DNA from: Puccinia triticina
Lineage: Eukaryota
Length of the DNA: 64,000 nucleotides
Assembly (NCBI GenBank): GCA_026914245.1
Contig: CP110439.1
Coordinates: 1,612,001-1,676,000, forward strand
Direction of reading: 5' to 3'
Positions 60,995-64,000 of this stretch are shown in pieces. Each line of letters begins with the position of its first letter. Positions within the stretch are counted from its first letter, which is position 1. The position numbers and the translations under genes are program-made. The notes beneath the pieces were generated by a model, which saw only the letters and a program-made list of their open reading frames with translations, was not told the DNA's origin and did no database searches.

Positions 60995-62618
60995 ACAATC
61001 ACGTTGATGGCCAGTAAAAACTGGCATCAAAGGGAGTTTCCCACTAGCTGCATCCTACAGGTCCAACTGTGAAGTAGGCCAGAATTTCACAAGATCCTGT
61101 TCAACCATTTACACCCTGAAGTTTGCCCAAATTTGAGGGTGAAATTCATGTCCAAGTTGTAATTGCCATCAAGAGGAGTTGAAAATCCCATCAATGACTG
61201 GTATAAATCAGTCATCATAAGCAGGTTGCATCCAATTAACCAGTGCTCTGTACCATCCATGAGGAGAAATTCACACTTCCTTCATTGGCTGGGTTGTAGC
61301 TGCTATTGAAGGGAGCACACACTCCCTTAAAATGCTGTTGCAACTCTGCCATTAAAAAGAGTGCACACTCCTCTTGATGGCAGGTTTGTGTTGGCCATTG
61401 AGGAGACACTCCCTCAAATGGCCAATACAACCCCGGCATCAAAACTTTGTCAAATGAGGTTGGTAACAACAGTGATTCCAAGACTAAACTTGTTCACGCA
61501 CTTTATAACTTAAGGTACAATCCTTGATAAGGTAGCCACTACTCAGGTCTGGTGATGATTAACTGTTAAACTGTGGAGCCCAGGGGATCATGTGTTTCCA
61601 GTGGTCAGGCAATTTGAAAAATTGATGCTAATTACATCACATTTGAACAATGTTTGGCCTGAACACAATCTTTGCAACACGCCAGGCAGGTAAGAGATGA
61701 TTATGGTGTCTTCCACCTCCTCCCACTTTAGGTCTATCTGACAGAGAAGTTGGATTGTACCACCCTGAAATGATAACCAGGAGATGCATACATCTTGAGG
61801 TCCCCTTGTGGCTTGATCAGTTGAGCCTGCCTGGTCACAGTGAAGTTGACCAAGATTGGCCTGTTCTGATGGAAACATGAATTTCAGGATCCTCAGCTGG
61901 AACAACCATGGAATGTTTTCCAGGTTGATTCAAGCTGGAGTTGAGCATTGGGTGAGGTGAAGTTATGGAATTTGACATGAGGTTAGGATGGAGATGATAT
62001 CAGCCTGAGTTGAACATAACATCACTATTGACACAAGATTAAGTTGTGTATGTTGCACACATGTTGCATGCTTGATACCCGCCAGGGTTGCTGAAGGAAG
62101 TTACTGTCTGGCACTCTCTAGAGAGTGCCACACTTTCTCCCCTGGTGTGTCTTACAGTTCTATTTTCTTGGAAGGTGCCAAGCAGAGAGCTGCATCCAGG
62201 TCCTCCATTGGTCCACAAGGCCATTTTTCTTTGCGTGGCAAGGTATAACAAGCGTTCAAGCCTTTTAAAACTTGGTTTAAAGGTCTTAAACCAAGGCTTC
62301 AAGTCTTTTAACCTTTGGATTTAAAAGTCTTAAACAAAGGATTTAACCATTTTAAACCAAATTTTGAAGGTCTTAAACCATGGTTTCAAGCCTTTCAAAC
62401 CAAGGTTTAAAGGTCTTGAACCATGGTTTCAAGCCTTTTAAACCAAGGGTTTAAGCCTTAAGAAGGCAAAAGGCACATTTTGCCAACAGCAATCATGTGT
62501 ATTACTGACAAATTATTTAAGATGCATCTAGCATCAATTCAGCACAAAAACATAGAGAAAGAACAGAAATCCAGAGCTACCCATTTTCCCGGATACAAAA
62601 ACACATGGTTGTGCATTT

Positions 62619-62863
62619 CACTACAAGAAAAACTCTGGAAACTGCTAGCAGTTGAGATGCAGAAGCTGAAAGGAAGCTTGAGGTGATACTCAAGCCTTTC
62701 TCAAAGTTTATTTCAACCAAGGGTGAATGCACAGTCACTGTGCAATGTGCACAGTGACTGTGCATGAAAGGGCATGATGCAATTATGTCAAGTTACAATG
62801 GCAGTTACCCTGGAGTATGCCACATGTCAACTGCTGGCAGTTTCTAGAGTTTTTCTTGCAGTG
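62619..62863. mobile_element. CACTA MITE
   Basis: CACTACAAGAAAAACTCT / AGAGTTTTTCTTGCAGTG termini and TSD TTT. Empty site at about 12330. Confidence 0.9.
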
Positions 62864-63237
62864 TTTACTATTAGTAGAGCCACTAAGATCAAGCAGTCAA
62901 CCAAGTGGCCACATGTTGTCCGGTGAAGCCCTAGCTTAACTAAGCCTCTCAAACGGAGGGTCCGGGGGACCCTGACCGGAGTGCTCTCCGCAGGAGAGGC
63001 TTTCACCTAATGTCTGAAGTCTGGCAGGGAAAGGAAGGATATTCAACCCCAAAATCACCAAGCAAAATATGTACAAAAAAAACTGAACGGACAGATTCAT
63101 TGGCAGTGCTTTAGGCGCACCCTAACCCAAAGTTTTGAGCAAAAAGCTCCAAACTGATTGAAGGATTCCACTTTGAAGGTCAAAAAAATTGTGAAGGATA
63201 TTAAATTGCTCTGAAGATCCATTTTTGGATTTTCTCA

Positions 63238-64000
63238 TAGGGTCTTGGAAAAACGACTCCCAAGTTTTGGGAAAACGACTCCCATATGTCCGCGCGACTA
63301 TTTTTCGACCAGCGCTGGACGTCGACCTAGACCCTTTTTTTGGGTACGGCTTTTTTGGGAGTTGTCGACCCAAAAAATTTATTTTTTGGGAGTCGTCCCC
63401 ACCAATTTTTATGAATATTTTTAATATTTTCTTGCCGGGGGGTTTGGGAGTTGTTCACCCAAAAGGAGTGCCCCCCGCGTTATTTTAGGAGTCGGCCGCG
63501 GGGGCCACAGAAGCCCCCAGGGAGCCGTGACGACTCCCCTTCGAGCCCCCCACCCATCACACAAGTCAGACACCACAACCGACACACCAACCGCCCAATC
63601 ACCCCCACCCGTCCACCCCAACCGCCCGATTGATCAAACGAAAAGAGATGTTTAACCCTGCCGCCCCCGCCGCCGTCCAGGACCAGGAATCCCAGGCCCC
63701 TGTCGCCGCCATGGAGCACGCCGAGCCCCCAATGGCCGCCGTTGACCACGACCAGGAATCCCAGGCCCCTGTCGCCGCCATGGAGCACGCCGAGCCCCCA
63801 ATGGCCGCCGTCAACCACGCCAAGCCCCCAATGGCCGCCGTCAACCACGCCGAGCCCCCTGTTGCCGCCATCAAGTACGCGAAGGCCCCAATGCCTGGCG
63901 AGCACACCGAGCCCCCAGTGGCTGGCGAGCACGCCGAGGAAACCCAAGCCGCAGGGCCAGGTAAGCCCCCTCTCCCCTGCCGACTCCCTCCCATCCAAAC
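63238..64000 (+). mobile_element. Left end of a probable hAT element with a repetitive first exon (63648-63960)
   Basis: The duplicated segment breaks at TAGGGTCTTGG, followed by CGACTCCC subterminal repeats. An ATG at 63648 opens a frame of HAEPPMAAV-type repeats ending at a CAG|GTAAG donor. Confidence 0.55.

Larger units (their letters stand above)
53784..62147. mobile_element. CACTA-like element (CACCAGGGG termini, about 2.3 kb) interrupted by the Copia element
   Basis: TIR CACCAGGGGAGAAAGTGTGGCACTCTCTAG at both ends and TSD TGT. Confidence 0.85.

Overview
Eukaryotic, repeat-dominated fungal DNA. Short GT-AG introns, a Tad1-like LINE, Copia elements, Helitrons, and hAT, CACTA-like and PIF MITEs, together with strong CpG decay in old repeats, point to a rust fungus (Pucciniales); this is an inference. 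Host-type genes are few: the 3' part of a GC-rich hypothetical gene (1-1248) and a cluster of three FunK1-type (fungal-specific) protein kinase genes with a PD-(D/E)xK nuclease-like motif ahead of the kinase domain. Two kinase copies lie in a 3.8-kb duplication in which I saw no differences. The third is 3'-truncated and has a strongly diverged N-terminal helical domain beside an identical intron. A decayed ORF lies head-to-head with the kinase. The rest is nested transposons: a near-complete LINE (about 1430-7449), an intact young Copia with identical TG..TA LTRs (54925-60994), a Copia 3' fragment, a Helitron RepHel fragment, non-autonomous Helitrons (one apparently carrying a PAS-kinase fragment fused to another gene end, one carrying a perfect 192-bp inverted repeat), an SSADH gene relic and many MITEs. 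Several MITE boundaries and TSDs are confirmed against empty paralogous sites within the window. All comparisons were made by eye; no database searches were run.
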